A DNA stretch of 50,358 nt from Candidatus Saccharimonadia bacterium (lineage in GTDB: Bacteria; Patescibacteriota; Saccharimonadia; CAILAD01; BJGX01). The notes under the pieces are model-generated. The model was not told where the DNA came from. It worked only from the letters and a program-made list of their open reading frames with translations, and searched no databases. Of the stretch, positions 1 to 9,552 are shown in pieces (position 1 is the first letter of the stretch; every line of letters starts with the position of its first letter). Both the position numbers and the translations under genes were made by a program. Location: positions 1-50,358 of the forward strand of contig JBCLLP010000002.1 in assembly GCA_039738615.1 (NCBI GenBank), in the 5' to 3' direction.

Positions 1-87
1 ACTGGCATTGGCATATCTTGGGTGGGTGGCGTAAAAGAGGCGGATGTAGCTTGACTAGCTGAAGAATCTGGCAGTAGCTTTAAGGGC

Positions 88-1743
88 TTGAGTCCATTTA
101 AGACCGAAAAAACACCATCTTTTATTGTTAGCCCAGATAAGAACATATGGCATGACTTTAGCTCTGGCAAGGGTGGGGATGTAATTACATTTGTAATGGA
201 GATGGAAGGACTGAGTTTTCCGGAGGCTCTCGAGATGCTTGCTAAGCGGGCTGGGATAAAACTCAAGCCACGCAAAATAGGCGATGGGTATAATACTAAT
301 ATCAAAAACAAGCTCTATGATGCCAGTGAATCGGCAATGGCTTATTATCATCGGGTTTTATCTAAAGACACGCTGGCGAAGGACTATTTTATGGTCACCA
401 GAGGCTTAAGCGAGAAGACAATTAAGGACTATAAGCTTGGCTACTCCCAAGATAGCTGGGATTCCTTGACCAATTACCTAGTTAAAAAAGGTTTTAGCCA
501 TCAAGAATTAGTAACTGCTGGCCTGGCAGCAAAAAGCCCTAGGGGTAGTGGAGTATATGATTTATTTAGGGGTAGGGTAATGTTCCCTGTCTTTGATGCT
601 CAGGGTAGAGTAGTGGGATTTAGTGCCAGGTTATTGGTGGAGCAAAAAGCCGCCAAGTATATTAATACTCCTCAAACACCGATATACAATAAGAGCTCAG
701 CAATATATGGGCTAACTCAAGCTAAAGAATCCATTAGGCAACAAGACGGGGTAGTAATTGTGGAGGGCAATATGGATGTTCTAGCTCTGGCCAATGCTGG
801 CCATACTAATGTAGTGGCTTGTAGCGGCACGGCATTGAGTGAAACACAGATTCGCCAGCTTAGCCGTCTTACTAAGAATATCACTCTTTGCTTTGATAGC
901 GATGAGGCTGGTATAAATGCTACCCTGAGAGCTATAGATTTATCGGGCAATAGTGAAGTCAAGGTGGATATTATTAGCCTTAAGGGAGCTAAGGATCCCG
1001 ACGAATTTTTGAAGTCTAATCCTCTTGGCTGGCAAAAGGCTCTAAAATTGGCCCAATATGCTCCAGACTACTTAATGGCTATGGGTAAGTCTAAATACAA
1101 TATCCTCTCTGCGTCAGGCAAGAAGCAATTTGTTGGTTTTATATTACCTATGCTCAAAAACCTCTCAGATGAAATTGAAATCCAACACTATATCAAAAAA
1201 ATTGCTCAAATGGTTGATGTTGATGAGCTAAGTATAAAAAAATTAATTAAATTCACTGCTCCAGCTATGCCCTTGCCAGAAGATACTACCGCCCAGGATG
1301 ATTCGCTAAATCAGCCCAAACGCCAGCTAACTCGTAGCGAAAAGCTTGAGCAACAGCTACTTGAGCTATGCCTAGCATACCCCATAACTACCCCCGCACT
1401 TGATGATTTAGAGCTCTCTAGTGTTAGCAATTTGCACCATAGTATATTCAAATTACTCAAAACGAATGGGCCCCTTAAGTCGCTAGACTCCATGAAGGTA
1501 TTGCCCAAGGAGGAGAATTATGTTAAAATTCTTGCATTACGAGGTGAACAACAATACGCCAATTTATCGGCGCACGATATAAGGCTCGAAGCCTTCACCC
1601 AGGTAGCTCGAATTCACGATACAAATAGGCAACTTTTAAAACGACAATTAGCCAGGCAGCTTTCCGAAGCTGAGTCGGCTGGCGACTCTAAAAAATCCAA
1701 ACAGCTATTAAGAGAGTATCAACTACTATTAAACGAGGATTAA
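88..1743 (+). CDS. dnaG: DNA primase DnaG (5' end uncertain, close to window edge)
   Basis: The translation has the primase zinc-ribbon-region consensus ([13 protein letters not shown]...[17 protein letters not shown]) and a TOPRIM block ([13 protein letters not shown]...LCFDSDEAG). It sits immediately upstream of rpoD, the classic dnaG-rpoD order. An in-frame TGA at 52-54 makes the TTG at 88 the first possible start. Confidence 0.85.
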   Translation: MSPFKTEKTPSFIVSPDKNIWHDFSSGKGGDVITFVMEMEGLSFPEALEMLAKRAGIKLKPRKIGDGYNTNIKNKLYDASESAMAYYHRVLSKDTLAKDYFMVTRGLSEKTIKDYKLGYSQDSWDSLTNYLVKKGFSHQELVTAGLAAKSPRGSGVYDLFRGRVMFPVFDAQGRVVGFSARLLVEQKAAKYINTPQTPIYNKSSAIYGLTQAKESIRQQDGVVIVEGNMDVLALANAGHTNVVACSGTALSETQIRQLSRLTKNITLCFDSDEAGINATLRAIDLSGNSEVKVDIISLKGAKDPDEFLKSNPLGWQKALKLAQYAPDYLMAMGKSKYNILSASGKKQFVGFILPMLKNLSDEIEIQHYIKKIAQMVDVDELSIKKLIKFTAPAMPLPEDTTAQDDSLNQPKRQLTRSEKLEQQLLELCLAYPITTPALDDLELSSVSNLHHSIFKLLKTNGPLKSLDSMKVLPKEENYVKILALRGEQQYANLSAHDIRLEAFTQVARIHDTNRQLLKRQLARQLSEAESAGDSKKSKQLLREYQLLLNED

Positions 1744-1750
1744 TCAACTT

Positions 1751-3013
1751 ATGCCTAAAAAAGTTCAGCCCAAAGCCGTAGCTAAACCTAAAGTCAAATC
1801 TATTACAAAACCTAAACCCAAGCCACAGCCTAGAGCTCAAGCTAAGCCCAAGCCACAGATCAAGCCAAAGCCTAAGCCTAAAGCTAAGCCTAAGCCTAAA
1901 GCTAAGCTTAAAGCTAAAGCGCAACCAGACCAAATAGCTGAGCCCGCTATCTTTAGTGCGGAAGTAGAGAAGTTAATAACAAAAGGGCAGCAACAGGGAT
2001 TTGTAACCCAGCAAGAAATCCAAGCAGTTATTCCAGAAGCCGAAGACAATGTTGATTTGCTAGATGATTTTTATTCAAGGTTAATAGATAAAGGCATTGA
2101 TGTTACTGACCAAAAAGACAAGCTCTGGGAAACAGAGCCCGAGGAAGATATCGAGACTGCTACTGATACAGATAATATGAAGGATATTGCCGATGATTCT
2201 GTGAGGCTTTATCTGCGAGAAATAGGCAAGATACCACTCATTACTGGAGACGAAGAAGTAGCCCTAGCTAAGAGAATTGAAAAAGGTGATAAAGCGGCCA
2301 AAGATGATTTAGCAGAAGCTAATTATCGGCTAGTGGTTAGTATCGCCAAAAAATACATCGGCAGGGGGTTAGATTTGTTAGATTTAATTCAGGAAGGCAA
2401 TACCGGGCTTTTGCGAGCTGTAGAAAAGTTTGATTATCACAAGGGATTCAAATTCAGTACATATGCTACTTGGTGGATTCGCCAAGCCATTACCCGTGCT
2501 ATTGCCGATCAAGCCAGAGTCATCCGAATACCTGTGCATATGGTAGAGACTATCAATAAGCTCGTTCGTACTCAGCGCCGACTGACCCAAGAACTAGGAC
2601 GTGAGCCTTTACCAGAAGAGCTTGCCGCAGAGCTAGAAATTGATATTGATAAAGTTAATCATATTTTAAAAATATCCCAGGACACTACTAGCCTAGATGC
2701 ATCAGTGGGTGAGGATGAGGATTCTAGCCTAGGTGATTTTATACAAGATGAAGATACCGTTAGCCCAGAAGATGCTGCAACCTATGAGCTACTTAAGGAA
2801 CATATTGACGATACCCTAGAGCTACTTACTCCCAGAGAGCAAAAAATATTGAGAATGCGCTTTGGCTTAGAGACAGGCCGTAGCCATACACTTGAAGAAG
2901 TTGGGCAAGAATTTGGGGTAACAAGGGAGAGAATTAGGCAGATTGAGGCCAAGGCTCTTACTAAGCTCCGTAAGCATAAAGATAGTAAAAAGCTCAGAGA
3001 CTATATTAGCTAG
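1751..3013 (+). CDS. rpoD: Primary sigma-70 factor RpoD/SigA with a basic Lys/Pro-rich N-terminal extension
   Basis: Region 2 ([41 protein letters not shown]), region 3, and the region 4 HTH ([24 protein letters not shown]) are all clearly present. Confidence 0.95.
   Translation: MPKKVQPKAVAKPKVKSITKPKPKPQPRAQAKPKPQIKPKPKPKAKPKPKAKLKAKAQPDQIAEPAIFSAEVEKLITKGQQQGFVTQQEIQAVIPEAEDNVDLLDDFYSRLIDKGIDVTDQKDKLWETEPEEDIETATDTDNMKDIADDSVRLYLREIGKIPLITGDEEVALAKRIEKGDKAAKDDLAEANYRLVVSIAKKYIGRGLDLLDLIQEGNTGLLRAVEKFDYHKGFKFSTYATWWIRQAITRAIADQARVIRIPVHMVETINKLVRTQRRLTQELGREPLPEELAAELEIDIDKVNHILKISQDTTSLDASVGEDEDSSLGDFIQDEDTVSPEDAATYELLKEHIDDTLELLTPREQKILRMRFGLETGRSHTLEEVGQEFGVTRERIRQIEAKALTKLRKHKDSKKLRDYIS
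1781..1924 (+). repeat. In-frame degenerate AAGCCT/AAAGCT repeat tract encoding (K/A/P)n inside rpoD
   Basis: The DNA reads ...aagcctaagcctaaagctaagcctaagcctaaagctaagcttaaagctaaagc... The protein reads [48 protein letters not shown]. Confidence 0.8.
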
Positions 3014-3052
3014 ATAGTAATTACAAAGGCTAATTAATTCTACGCTGTTGGT

Positions 3053-3370
3053 TTAGTCTTGAGCCTCTCGGGCCTTAATTTCAGTCAAAGCTTTTCGAGC
3101 TCCCTCGATCCCTTGGGCGTTAATTTGAGCCTGTATTTCATTCCTACTTCTTAAATCCACAGAGTCACTGGCACGCTTGGTTCTATCATCTTGCAACCTA
3201 GCTTGATCACTGGCATATTTATCACCCCGTCTTTTTATGACTATCAGCTCATCGGCTAGCTCTAAAGGGTCTTTAGGCGAGATAGCTGATTCGGTGCTTT
3301 TTGGCCCTTCACCTATTCCGGGCAGGGGTTGATTATTAATACTCATTGGTATAATTAAAGCATACATCAT
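3053..3370 (-). CDS. Hypothetical small protein (start uncertain; alternative ATG at 3346)
   Basis: An open frame of 105 codons, convergent with rpoD, fills an otherwise empty gap. The C-terminal half is charged and coil-like. I recognise no family. Confidence 0.3.
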   Translation of the reverse strand: MMYALIIPMSINNQPLPGIGEGPKSTESAISPKDPLELADELIVIKRRGDKYASDQARLQDDRTKRASDSVDLRSRNEIQAQINAQGIEGARKALTEIKAREAQD

Positions 3371-3423
3371 AGCCGGCTGACTAGTAGTAGATTATTACTA
3401 ATATTACCCGGCAAGATAAGGTG

Positions 3424-3429
3424 TATAAT
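3424..3429 (+). promoter_or_regulatory. -10 box TATAAT, 6 nt before the polA ATG (leaderless-type)
   Basis: gtgTATAATttagatATG; there is no Shine-Dalgarno between the box and the ATG. Confidence 0.45.
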
Positions 3430-3435
3430 TTAGAT

Positions 3436-6201
3436 ATGCCAAAACGCAAAAAATTAGTAATATTTGATGGCCATGCTCTAGTCCATCGGGGCTATCATGC
3501 TATACCATATCTTACTACTAAAGATGGTACTCCTACCAATGCAGTGTATGGATTCACTATGATGATGCTTTTGGCTTTGCGTGAGCTCAAGCCTGACTAT
3601 GTGGTAGTGGCCTGGGATGCGCCCGGCAAGACATTTCGGCATAATCGCTACAATCAGTATAAGGCCACCCGCAAAAAAGCTGATCAAGAGCTATACGATC
3701 AGTTGCCTATCACCAAGGATGTGGTAGCTGCCTTCAATATTCCCTTACTAGAACAGCCAGGTTTTGAGGCCGATGATATTATTGGATCACTATCCACGCA
3801 GTATCAAGATAGAGTAGATGTGGTGATAGTCACGGGCGATATGGATGAGCTTCAACTGGTCACCAACGCCACCACGGTATTTACAATGCGCAAAGGCTTT
3901 AGTGATACATTTGTATATGATTCTCAGGCAGTTATAGATAAATACGGTGTGAGCCCAGAGGAGTTTATTGTGTATAAAGCGCTCAGGGGCGATACTAGTG
4001 ATAATATTCCTGGTGTATCTGGCATAGGCGATAAAACTGCCACCGAACTAGTTAGTAGCTACCATAGCCTGGATAGTATTTATAATAACTTGAACAAGCT
4101 CAAGCCCGCAGTCGCTAAAAAGCTTTCGTCAGGCAAAGCTGAAGCCTACTTGAGCTTAGAACTCTCTACCATTAAGTGTGATATGACGCTAGATTTTGAC
4201 CTAAAAGATGCCGCTATGCATGACTATGATCGCAAAAATGTCTATGACTTATTCCATAAGCTAGAATTTAGGAGTTTGCTAGCAAAACTCCCGGCCGAGA
4301 AGCCTACCCATTTAGCTCAGACTAGTGCTTTTGACAACCCCCAACAAGCCATCGTATATAATAGGGATCACCTTAAAAAAGTGGACTACCGGCTTGTTAC
4401 TAAGCTTAGTGAGCTCAAGGAATTGGCTAGCCAGCTTGCGCACCAAAAAGCATTTGCTTTTGATACTGAGACAGATAGTATAGACCAAGTTGATGCTAAT
4501 TTGGTGGGTGCTTCATTCAGCTATAAAGAAGGTCAGGCGTATTATGTACCACTCCGCCATAGTCCCAAAACCGAAATAGATTGCGATAAGTTCTATGAAA
4601 TTATTGGGCCTCTACTAGCAGACCCTAGGATAGGCAAGGTAGGGCATAATATCAAGTATGACTATGTGGTAATGCGCTCACACGATGATTTTAAGATTAG
4701 ACAAATAGTCTTTGATACTATGGTAGCAGCTTTCCTTATTAACCCTATCGGTAGGACGCAAAGTCTGAGCCAGCTTGCTTATAACGAGCTAGGGATATCT
4801 ATGATTGGCATAGAGGAGCTGATAGGCAAAAAAGGCAAAGATCAGATAACCTTTGACAAGGTTCCCATTGAGGAAGCCTGCCAATATGCTAGTGAGGACG
4901 CTGATATTACTTGGCGACTCTACAATAAGCTCAGGCCCCAGCTTGATAGTATAGGTAGGCTGGGGGAGCTGGCTAGTGAGATGGAATGGCCACTAATATC
5001 TGTACTCGGCGATATGGAGTTTGAGGGGGTAGAGCTAGATAGTGGATTCCTTGGCGAGCTCTCCATTAAGTATGCCAGCCAGATTAATAAATTAAAAAAA
5101 TCAATTTGGAGCTCAGCAGGCAGTGAATTTAACATTAACTCACCCGCACAATTGCAGGTAGTGTTGTTTGATAAGCTCAACATAGATTCTACTGGACTCA
5201 AAAAAACCAAGACTGGCATAAGTACCGCTGCTAGTGAGCTAGAAAAGCTACGAGGCAAGCATAAGATTGTAGATATGATGTTTGAGTACCGTGAGCTCAC
5301 TAAGCTCACTTCTACATATGTTGATGCCCTACCCAAGCTAGTTAAGCCAGACCATAGGATACACACTAGCTACAATCAAACTATTGCTCAGACAGGTAGA
5401 TTAAGTTCTACCAACCCAAATTTACAAAATATCCCAGTGCGCACCACCACTGGCCGTGAGATACGCAATGCTTTTATTGCACCCCAGGGTAAGACATTTG
5501 TATCGGCGGATTATAGCCAGATAGAGCTAAGGCTAGCAGCCGAGCTAGCCCACGACAAGCCGATGATAGAGGTCTTTAAGAGTGGGGTAGATATTCATAC
5601 ATTGACTGCCAGTGAGATGTTTGGGGTAACCGATAGTGAAGTTACCAAAGAAATGCGCTATGGAGCCAAAACGATTAATTTTGGTGTGCTATATGGTATG
5701 AACCCCCACGGTTTATCTGTTGCCACTGGCTTTGATTATGATAAGGCCAAGGAATTTATTGATAGGTATTTCTCACTTCACAAGGGAGTCGCAGAATATA
5801 TCGCTAGGATTAAAAAAATGGCTCACGACGAAGGTTATACCGAAACCCTATTTGGACGCAGACGTCCTTGCCCAGATGTAAGTTCGAATAATTTTGTGGT
5901 GCGAGCAGCAGCTGAGCGAGCCGCTGTAAATATGCCCCTGCAGGGTACTGCCGCCGATATGATGAAGCTAGCTATGGTAGCGGCCGCACATAAAATAGAC
6001 ATACTCAACAAGGGTAAAACTCTAGCCAGCAAGGCCAAGCTAATATTACAAATACACGACGAATTGATTGTGGAGTGTATGAGCCAAGATGCCACCAAAG
6101 TAGCAGGAATCATTAAGACCGAGATGGAAAATGTACATAATTTTAAGGTTCCTATCGTAGTTGAGGTGAGACAAGGAGATAGCTGGGGGAGCCTCAAATA
6201 A
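3436..6201 (+). CDS. polA: DNA polymerase I (5'-3' exonuclease, 3'-5' exonuclease and polymerase domains)
   Basis: 5' nuclease N-terminus (LVIFDGHALVHRGYHA). Exo motifs AFDTETDS, NIKYDYVVM and YASEDADITWRLY. Polymerase motifs SADYSQIELRLAA, RYGAKTINFGVLYG and LQIHDELIVE. I prefer the ATG at 3436 over the GTG at 3421, which lies inside the -10 box. Confidence 0.95.
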   Translation: MPKRKKLVIFDGHALVHRGYHAIPYLTTKDGTPTNAVYGFTMMMLLALRELKPDYVVVAWDAPGKTFRHNRYNQYKATRKKADQELYDQLPITKDVVAAFNIPLLEQPGFEADDIIGSLSTQYQDRVDVVIVTGDMDELQLVTNATTVFTMRKGFSDTFVYDSQAVIDKYGVSPEEFIVYKALRGDTSDNIPGVSGIGDKTATELVSSYHSLDSIYNNLNKLKPAVAKKLSSGKAEAYLSLELSTIKCDMTLDFDLKDAAMHDYDRKNVYDLFHKLEFRSLLAKLPAEKPTHLAQTSAFDNPQQAIVYNRDHLKKVDYRLVTKLSELKELASQLAHQKAFAFDTETDSIDQVDANLVGASFSYKEGQAYYVPLRHSPKTEIDCDKFYEIIGPLLADPRIGKVGHNIKYDYVVMRSHDDFKIRQIVFDTMVAAFLINPIGRTQSLSQLAYNELGISMIGIEELIGKKGKDQITFDKVPIEEACQYASEDADITWRLYNKLRPQLDSIGRLGELASEMEWPLISVLGDMEFEGVELDSGFLGELSIKYASQINKLKKSIWSSAGSEFNINSPAQLQVVLFDKLNIDSTGLKKTKTGISTAASELEKLRGKHKIVDMMFEYRELTKLTSTYVDALPKLVKPDHRIHTSYNQTIAQTGRLSSTNPNLQNIPVRTTTGREIRNAFIAPQGKTFVSADYSQIELRLAAELAHDKPMIEVFKSGVDIHTLTASEMFGVTDSEVTKEMRYGAKTINFGVLYGMNPHGLSVATGFDYDKAKEFIDRYFSLHKGVAEYIARIKKMAHDEGYTETLFGRRRPCPDVSSNNFVVRAAAERAAVNMPLQGTAADMMKLAMVAAAHKIDILNKGKTLASKAKLILQIHDELIVECMSQDATKVAGIIKTEMENVHNFKVPIVVEVRQGDSWGSLK

Positions 6202-6204
6202 AAG

Positions 6205-6230
6205 AACCTAGCTAATGGTAGCTAGGTTTT
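6205..6230 (+). terminator. Rho-independent terminator after polA
   Basis: aacctagcta-atgg-tagctaggtt followed by tt. This is a perfect 10-bp stem whose outer A-T pairs run into a T tract. Confidence 0.7.
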
Positions 6231-6448
6231 GAGTCACGATTAACCGTGAGTATGGTGTTCTTAGGCAGTAGCTTGGTATAGCTTAGGACTACATCGCCAT
6301 TAATACCTATCAGGCCATTGGTTATCTCGTGGCGATCATAGTGTCGTCCCCCTTTTTGCTCCCTAGTGAGTGTCGATGTTCATTTTGTAATTTACAGGAT
6401 AAGTTATTCCAGCATAAAAATAATAACAAATCAATAGTATTTATCAGG

Positions 6449-6454
6449 TATAAT
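6449..6454 (+). promoter_or_regulatory. -10 box TATAAT, 6 nt before the mutM ATG (leaderless-type)
   Basis: caggTATAATacagctATG. Confidence 0.45.
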
Positions 6455-6460
6455 ACAGCT

Positions 6461-7336
6461 ATGCCAGAACTACCAGAAGTAGAAACAGTCCGTATCGGTT
6501 TACAGGAATTTTTGCCAACTCAAATAGTAGAGTCTATTAGCTGTGATTGGCCTAAAAGCCTATCTGTCAGCCAAAAGGTTATAAATAGCTATCTATTAAA
6601 CGCCGAAATCCAATCAGTTAATCGCCGCGGTAAGGTCATTATTATGCCACTTAGTAGTGGCTATAGTATGCTAATTCACCTTAAGATGACCGGCCAGCTA
6701 GTATATAAGCCCAATAAAGGGCCCGGCTTTGGTGGGGGACATCCTACTGATAGCTTACTAAATAAACTCCCTGATAAATCCACCAGAGTTATTATTAAGC
6801 TAACTAGTGGGACATTGTTTTTTAATGATCAACGCAAATTTGGTTGGGTCAAGCTAGAACCAAGCAAGGGGCTCTACCAGAATAATACTTTCTTGCGTAA
6901 GCTCGGCCCTGAGCCACTAGAGGATAGTTATACTTTTGAGCACTTTAGGCTTGCTCTCCAAAAGCACCCCAAGGCTGGTATTAAAGCATTATTATTAGAC
7001 CAGAGCGTACTTGCTGGCGTGGGCAATATCTATGCCGATGAGTCACTTTATGAGGCTAGGATACATCCCTTAAGCAAATCTGGTGATATAAGTAATATTA
7101 AACTCAAAAGACTTTATAGGGCTATGCGGAGGGTTATGAGCTTAAGTATTAGCCAGGGTGGTAGTAGCGATCGCAATTATGTTGATGCCAAGGGCAACAA
7201 GGGTAGTTATTTAAAGTTTGCGCAGGTTTTTAGGCGAGAGGGCAAGGAGTGTCATAATTGCCAGCACAATATTATTAAGATTAGGGTCGCTGGTAGGGGG
7301 ACGCATATCTGCTCGCATTGCCAAGCTCCAGCCTAA
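6461..7336 (+). CDS. mutM: Formamidopyrimidine-DNA glycosylase (Fpg/MutM)
   Basis: Canonical N-terminus MPELPEVE, an H2TH region, and a C-terminal zinc finger CHNCQ...CSHCQ. The 44 codons upstream in the ORF track look like a spurious extension. Confidence 0.9.
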   Translation: MPELPEVETVRIGLQEFLPTQIVESISCDWPKSLSVSQKVINSYLLNAEIQSVNRRGKVIIMPLSSGYSMLIHLKMTGQLVYKPNKGPGFGGGHPTDSLLNKLPDKSTRVIIKLTSGTLFFNDQRKFGWVKLEPSKGLYQNNTFLRKLGPEPLEDSYTFEHFRLALQKHPKAGIKALLLDQSVLAGVGNIYADESLYEARIHPLSKSGDISNIKLKRLYRAMRRVMSLSISQGGSSDRNYVDAKGNKGSYLKFAQVFRREGKECHNCQHNIIKIRVAGRGTHICSHCQAPA

Positions 7337-7342
7337 ATAAAA

Positions 7343-7375
7343 CCCCCACCTAAACAATAATTGTCTAGGTGGGGG
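7343..7375. terminator. Hairpin between convergent genes; the T tract is on the minus strand
   Basis: cccccaccta...taggtggggg is a 10-bp perfect stem. The minus strand continues ttttattt, so it terminates the 7381-7818 gene, and probably mutM as well. Confidence 0.65.
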
Positions 7376-7380
7376 CTTGG

Positions 7381-7818
7381 CTAGTCAGTAAAAGTACAGC
7401 TTTCATTTCTTTTGGTAGGGTGCTCTAGGGCATAATTTAAACTCGCTAGTGATACAATGCGTGTTCCTAGTAGCTTGTCATTGCTACCACATCTGTAGCA
7501 ATTAACTAATGAGTAGAGTTGCCAGCGAGTTTTTAGTAGGCCCTTTCTTTTCACCAGGACGCAGTCAATTACTCTCTGGCCGTTATCCCAGAGTTGAATA
7601 ATATCCCGATATTCGCTATTGCGGTGTTTTTTCTCTACCAGCTTGAATTGGCAGCCCAGCATAGTGGCTTTGTCTTGGGCAACTCGGAGTAGGATTTTTA
7701 CCATTTTAGCCCTAGTACGAGCATATGATTTCTCGTCTTGAGCGTTACGGCGAATGTAACTTTTAGTTGGAATTGGTGTCTGTAAAGACGCAGCTTTGGC
7801 GCGTTGTTTGAGGTCCAT
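7381..7818 (-). CDS. Hypothetical protein, 145 aa, no family recognised
   Basis: Good SD (AAAAGGAAtgatATG), a hairpin terminator directly after the stop, and non-overlapping placement. Confidence 0.5.
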   Translation of the reverse strand: MDLKQRAKAASLQTPIPTKSYIRRNAQDEKSYARTRAKMVKILLRVAQDKATMLGCQFKLVEKKHRNSEYRDIIQLWDNGQRVIDCVLVKRKGLLKTRWQLYSLVNCYRCGSNDKLLGTRIVSLASLNYALEHPTKRNESCTFTD

Positions 7819-7953
7819 ATCATTCCTTTTGGTAGGTACTATATTTAGCGCTTAATTATGGTATATATCATCTGTGATGTCAAGCATTAATATCTCTAGG
7901 GGGTGTCATAATTACTAGCTTGAAGTATACTAATCCTTAAAGAAGGAATAATA

Positions 7954-8865
7954 ATGGTTTTATACCTCTACGGTAGTAACACCTATGCTATCACCCACCA
8001 GCTTAAAAGAATGAAGTCTAAGTATTATGCCATGGCAGGGCCAGAGGGTGATTTTAGTAGGGTAGACTTACAAGACAAGGGGATTGGCTCACTGATCAGT
8101 AATTTGGCTACTGTGCCAATGTTTGTAAGCACTAGGCTCGTGGTGGTAGATGGCATTAGCACCATCAAGCCCACGCCCAGCCAAATAAATACTATCTTAG
8201 ACCAAACGCCAGAGAGTACAATTTTAGTGCTCATTGATCCTAACCCCGATAAGCGAACAAGTGTATTTAAGATATTGAGCAAAATAAGTGGAGCCACTGG
8301 GTATCAGGATATTCCACGATACAAGCTAGCAGCCTGGGTAAAGGCTGAGGCTCGTAGGCTTGGAGCCGAGATAGATACTAACACTATCGAGTACTTATTA
8401 GACCATGTTGGGCTAGATCAATGGACCCTACATAATGAGCTAACCAAGTTGGGTAGTTATAATAGTGTTATTACTAAGGCGTCTATTGACGATGTATCCA
8501 CAGCCAGCTTTGATAATACAGCTTTTGACTTGGCAGAGTCGCTAGTCAAGCACGATACCAATAGAGCCATAAGGCTATATCAGCAGCTGTCAAAACAGGG
8601 GCATGCCGATCAAATGATACTAGGGGCAATCACATACCAGTTTAGGACGCTTATGATAGTAATTCTTAATGATTCCAGGCTTACTAATGCTTATCATATG
8701 TCTTCATACCCCTTACAAAAAGCCCGTGGTATATCTGGTAAGCTGGATATAGATGACATCAAATCAGCCTTTAGGTACATCGCTAGAGCTGATATGGCTA
8801 CCAAGACTGGTGAGCTTGGATCGTCTGAGGCAATGATGGGCCTGATATATAGCCTAGCATCCTAG
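7954..8865 (+). CDS. holA: DNA polymerase III delta subunit (HolA)
   Basis: The N-terminus (YLYGSNTYAI...), the size of about 300 aa, the overall pattern, and the conserved holA/rpsT neighbourhood. SD aagaAGGAataataATG. Confidence 0.75.
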   Translation: MVLYLYGSNTYAITHQLKRMKSKYYAMAGPEGDFSRVDLQDKGIGSLISNLATVPMFVSTRLVVVDGISTIKPTPSQINTILDQTPESTILVLIDPNPDKRTSVFKILSKISGATGYQDIPRYKLAAWVKAEARRLGAEIDTNTIEYLLDHVGLDQWTLHNELTKLGSYNSVITKASIDDVSTASFDNTAFDLAESLVKHDTNRAIRLYQQLSKQGHADQMILGAITYQFRTLMIVILNDSRLTNAYHMSSYPLQKARGISGKLDIDDIKSAFRYIARADMATKTGELGSSEAMMGLIYSLAS

Positions 8866-8891
8866 GGCGAGAGTAATTACCAGACAGAACT

Positions 8892-8915
8892 AAAAAAGCT
8901 ACCTTTCGGGAGCTT
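8892..8915 (-). terminator. Probable rpsT terminator (imperfect hairpin plus T tract on the minus strand)
   Basis: aaaaaagctacc-tttc-gggagctt; the minus strand reads the hairpin and then tttttt. Confidence 0.5.
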
Positions 8916-8923
8916 CTAGATTG

Positions 8924-9331
8924 TTACTTGGAGGTTTTTTTACTTGGAGCTTTTTTAGCAACTGCCTTTTTGCTTGATGGCTTCTTTATTGGAGGTTTCT
9001 TGGCAGCTGTCTTTTTAGTGGTTAGTTTCTTAGCACCAGGCTTACCTGGATTCTCTGTGCCGTAGGGCTTTAATGATATAGCATTATAAGCAGTAGTAAG
9101 ACGGCTTTTTTTACGGGCTGCAGTGTGCTTGTTTATCACACCTTTGCGTACGGCTATGTCAATTTCTTTAATAGCAGCTATGAGCTCGGTATTACTTTTA
9201 ACTTTGCCAGTAGCTAGTTCGTCGCGAACGAGCTTAAATTTTGCTCTTAAACTAGCTTTAATACCAACATTGTAGGCTTTGCGCTTCTTGTCTTGGCGAA
9301 CTCTCTTAATGGCTGATTTGATTATTGGCAT
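8924..9331 (-). CDS. rpsT: 30S ribosomal protein S20 with a Lys-rich C-terminal tail
   Basis: MPIIKSAIKRVRQDKKRKAYN... is the canonical S20 N-terminus. The tail reads KKLTTKKTAAKKPPIKKPSSKKAVAKKAPSKKTSK. Confidence 0.9.
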   Translation of the reverse strand: MPIIKSAIKRVRQDKKRKAYNVGIKASLRAKFKLVRDELATGKVKSNTELIAAIKEIDIAVRKGVINKHTAARKKSRLTTAYNAISLKPYGTENPGKPGAKKLTTKKTAAKKPPIKKPSSKKAVAKKAPSKKTSK

Positions 9332-9516
9332 TTGGTGGATGTCCTTACTTTAACTAAAATACAATAGCGCTAAGTGTATCTTATAACCCGTGCTTTGTAA
9401 AGAGTCAGTAGGTGAGTACCTATAGCAGTCCCAAAACAAATTGACCGTTTTTAGCCGCACCATATTGGTCGTTATTGGATTATTTCATTATCAAACTATA
9501 ATAAATTAATAATAAT

Positions 9517-9541
9517 AGGGCCAGGCATAGTGCCTGGCCCT
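9517..9541 (-). terminator. Terminator after the GNAT gene
   Basis: agggccaggca-tag-tgcctggccct is an 11-bp stem. The minus strand continues with an AT/T-rich stretch. Confidence 0.7.
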
Positions 9542-9552
9542 ATAGAGTGAAG

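Noticed and set aside
52-54. The in-frame TGA upstream of dnaG could mean TGA is recoded as an amino acid, as in code 25 lineages (Gracilibacteria/Absconditabacteria).
   Set aside because: TGA clearly works as a stop elsewhere in the window. Examples are the ATGA stop/start overlaps at 22635, 29651, 33226, 34516, 41132 and 41677, where protein similarity ends exactly at the TGA. The standard code fits.
3421-3435. Upstream alternative starts given by the ORF track for polA (GTG 3421), mutM (6329), truB (TTG 11719), recX (GTG 24327) and the PilX-like gene (TTG 42321).
   Set aside because: The extensions add residues that do not match the family N-termini (for example Fpg must start MPELPEVE), and they overlap the -10 hexamers. 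The downstream ATGs fit better.
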